From Chrysomallon squamiferum (taxonomy: Eukaryota; Animalia; Mollusca), in the NCBI GenBank assembly GCA_012295275.1, contig CM022677.1, positions 11,780,001 through 11,844,000 on the forward strand: DNA of 64,000 bases, in the 5' to 3' direction. Each line of letters begins with the position of its first letter. Within the stretch, counting starts at the first letter, position 1. A program made the position numbers and the translations under genes. Positions 53,222 through 64,000 of this stretch are shown one piece after another. The notes beneath the pieces were generated by a model. The model did no database searches, was not told where the DNA came from, and saw nothing but the letters and a program-made list of their open reading frames with translations.

Positions 53222-54130
53222 TTACACAAATCCTAGTAAACGACCTATCAGAAGACAAAATTCAATTAGAACAAATAAGATTTTCCACAACAGATAACTA
53301 AATATACGACTAAAATACGTAAATATACGACCGATATACGCAAATATACGTCTGATGAATCCAGCTGCAGAATGTCGTCTGACTCTTCTGACTCTTTTCA
53401 CTCTGAGAGGTGGCAATGTGTACATCTCGCAGTTTCCATCTCTTAAGTTGTACACGATGGCGGTGAATCTTGCAGAGCAAACTGGACAATTTCTTCTGCT
53501 TCTAGACCACCTCTCCAAACAGCTGAAACAAAATTCATGTAAACACGAGTCTGCATGACACTTATCTAAAAATGCTTCTGAACACAAAGAACAAGTAGGT
53601 GACTTATCTGATTCAGGCTGTTGTGTTGATTCAGCAGTGCTGGGTGATGGTGATGTTGACATCCCTGGTCTTTCTCCACATGCTGCTTTTACAGGGTCAC
53701 GTTCGGAAATCTTTCGCCCTTTTGGAGTCTTCTCTGGGCACCCATCATCCTGTGCTTTCCGTTTCCTGGATGTTGATGCCCCTGGTCCTCTACGTGATGT
53801 TTCTCCAGGGTCACGTTCGGAAATCTTTCGCCTATTTGGAGGCTTCTTCGGGCACCCATCATCCTGTGCTTTCCGTCTCCTACATGTTGATGTCCCTGGT
53901 CCTGTACGTGATGTTTCTCCAGGGTCACGTCCGGAAATCTTTCGCCCATTTGGAGGCTTCTTCGGGCACCCATCATCCTGTGCTTTCCGTTTCCTGGATG
54001 TTGATGTCCCTGGTCCTCTACGTGATGTTGCTCCAGGGTCACGTTCGGAAATCTTTCGCCCTTTTGGAGGCTTTTCAGGGCACTCATCATCCTGTGCTTT
54101 CCGTTTCTTAGACGCTCTTACTTTTCCCAT
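53222..54130 (-). CDS. TOPORS-type RING-HC (C3HC4) E3 ligase-like protein, 302 aa, with N-terminal basic 38-aa repeats and a hydrophobic C-terminus
   Basis: CSLC-x12-CLHEFCFSC-x10(LERWSRSRRN)-CPVC followed by FTAIVYNLR..YTL, the same spacing and post-RING motif as TOPORS. Acceptor ttgcAG at 54145-54144 just before the ATG at 54130. Open frame to TAA at 53224-53222. Confidence 0.82.
   Translation of the reverse strand: MGKVRASKKRKAQDDECPEKPPKGRKISERDPGATSRRGPGTSTSRKRKAQDDGCPKKPPNGRKISGRDPGETSRTGPGTSTCRRRKAQDDGCPKKPPNRRKISERDPGETSRRGPGASTSRKRKAQDDGCPEKTPKGRKISERDPVKAACGERPGMSTSPSPSTAESTQQPESDKSPTCSLCSEAFLDKCHADSCLHEFCFSCLERWSRSRRNCPVCSARFTAIVYNLRDGNCEMYTLPPLRVKRVRRVRRHSAAGFIRRIFAYIGRIFTYFSRIFSYLLWKILFVLIEFCLLIGRLLGFV
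53690..54110. repeat. 114-bp coding tandem repeat, about 3.7 copies
   Basis: CATCATCCTGTGCTTTCCG starts at 53743, 53857, 53971 and 54085. Confidence 0.97.
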
Positions 54131-55286
54131 TTCGTATTGATAACTGCAATAACATAGTAGGAGAAAACAAAAGTATATATAATCCAAAAATATATATTAA
54201 ATTTATTTCTGTTGTTAGAACTATTTCTATTTTTATTATATTTTTTATGGCAGTACATTTTTCTTTACTTATAGGTTTTATCTGTTTGTTTTACTAACGT
54301 TAATCTTTGCACAAGGATTTCACAACCAGGGCTAATGTTCACATAATGAACATATAGCTTGGAACTTTGCATGAATTTATTACATAATGTGAGTTTCGCG
54401 TCTAAAATGACGTGTGTACAGCGTTTAAATTGTTTGTGGATGGTGATTTTAAAAAAGCCTTCAAAATAAATTAAAATACATTATCAAACGCACACACACA
54501 TATTTAAGGTTTAGATGTGATGTGATTTCATATCATGAAATTTATTATTTTATTTATATATTTTTAAGTTTTGGGGGTTTTATTGTGTCATAGATTTTAA
54601 AACTTATATTTATATTTCAAGTATTGTTATTATCAGTGTTACTTTTTCTTTATCTATATTATTGTTCTCGTTGCTTTTTGTTGTTGGATGAGTTGTTAGG
54701 TACTGAAAAGTGATTTTCAGTTTAGGAAATACAAGGTTGACTAAAGTTATAGCTAACTTTTTATCCTGATTTCAGAAACAAAATATTTAAAATTGTCAGT
54801 AATTGTTCCAAAGTTTTGAATTTTTTAATATTGCCATTTTGAAGAAAACGTTTCATAGGCTCGTTTAATAATATGTCAACTGTGTCTTCCAAGCTCTGCT
54901 AACATTTATTTACATATAAAGTTGGCAAAATCATTCATTTGATATTTATATATATATATATATATATTTATCTTTGAAAATTCATAACTTTATTCTATTA
55001 TAAATATAATTATTTTATTAGTATTTATAACCGATACACACTTGCAGAAACATAATCAAAGATACTTCAGATATTGTCATTATTTTTGTAACATTCGTGA
55101 AATAAACATAACGATAAAGATACAAACATCAGTAGAAATAAGTTAAAACAGTGGGACAGACCCAAAAAAAAAATGGGGCGCTTTAGAATACCTACGGACA
55201 GACAGACTGACAGGGAGAAATTATTTAGATAGATATATAGACAGATTTGCAATTCATAGCCGATTGTATGTTTGTAAGGTAATATT

Positions 55287-55486
55287 NNNNNNNNNNNNNN
55301 NNNNNNNNNNNNNNNNNNNNNNNNNNNNNNNNNNNNNNNNNNNNNNNNNNNNNNNNNNNNNNNNNNNNNNNNNNNNNNNNNNNNNNNNNNNNNNNNNNNN
55401 NNNNNNNNNNNNNNNNNNNNNNNNNNNNNNNNNNNNNNNNNNNNNNNNNNNNNNNNNNNNNNNNNNNNNNNNNNNNNNNNNNNNNN
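55287..55486. other. Assembly gap (200 N)
   Basis: Run of exactly 200 N, typical of an arbitrary-size scaffold join. Confidence 0.99.

Positions 55487-64000
<8,514 letters not shown>

Noticed and set aside
53599-54140. Alternative-frame ORFs over the 114-bp repeat
   Set aside because: Open only because the repeat unit is stop-poor; only the RING frame has a recognisable domain.

Overview
AT-rich, microsatellite-laden eukaryotic (animal) genomic DNA with spliceosomal introns. An invertebrate, probably molluscan, source is my inference from the repeat load and the TNF/LINE types. Left to right: (1) a heavily disabled minus-strand MCC (colorectal mutant cancer) gene, about 1.7-9.0 kb, with nonsense codons, frameshifts, missing segments and minisatellites amplified from its own splice sites; (2) LINE remnants and two MITEs, one a clean Tc1/mariner-type element with TA target duplication; (3) a decayed six-exon plus-strand gene I cannot name (18.8-22.6 kb); (4) a four-exon type II membrane TNF-superfamily ligand gene (29516-31868) with an AA instead of AG acceptor at exon 3, two identical kB sites and a truncated downstream copy; (5) a mosaic of segmental duplications, including an inverted repeat of at least 8.3 kb (35640-43955 vs 55487-64000) that abuts a 200-N gap. 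Between the arms lie a candidate spliced micro-gene encoding (MEVDPFDDRDIQP)x4 and a 302-aa TOPORS-type RING gene with four basic 38-aa repeats and a hydrophobic tail. These two genes are the best candidates for something new, but their functions are inference. Parts of the assembly look like low-quality consensus. All similarities were recognised by eye; no searches were run.
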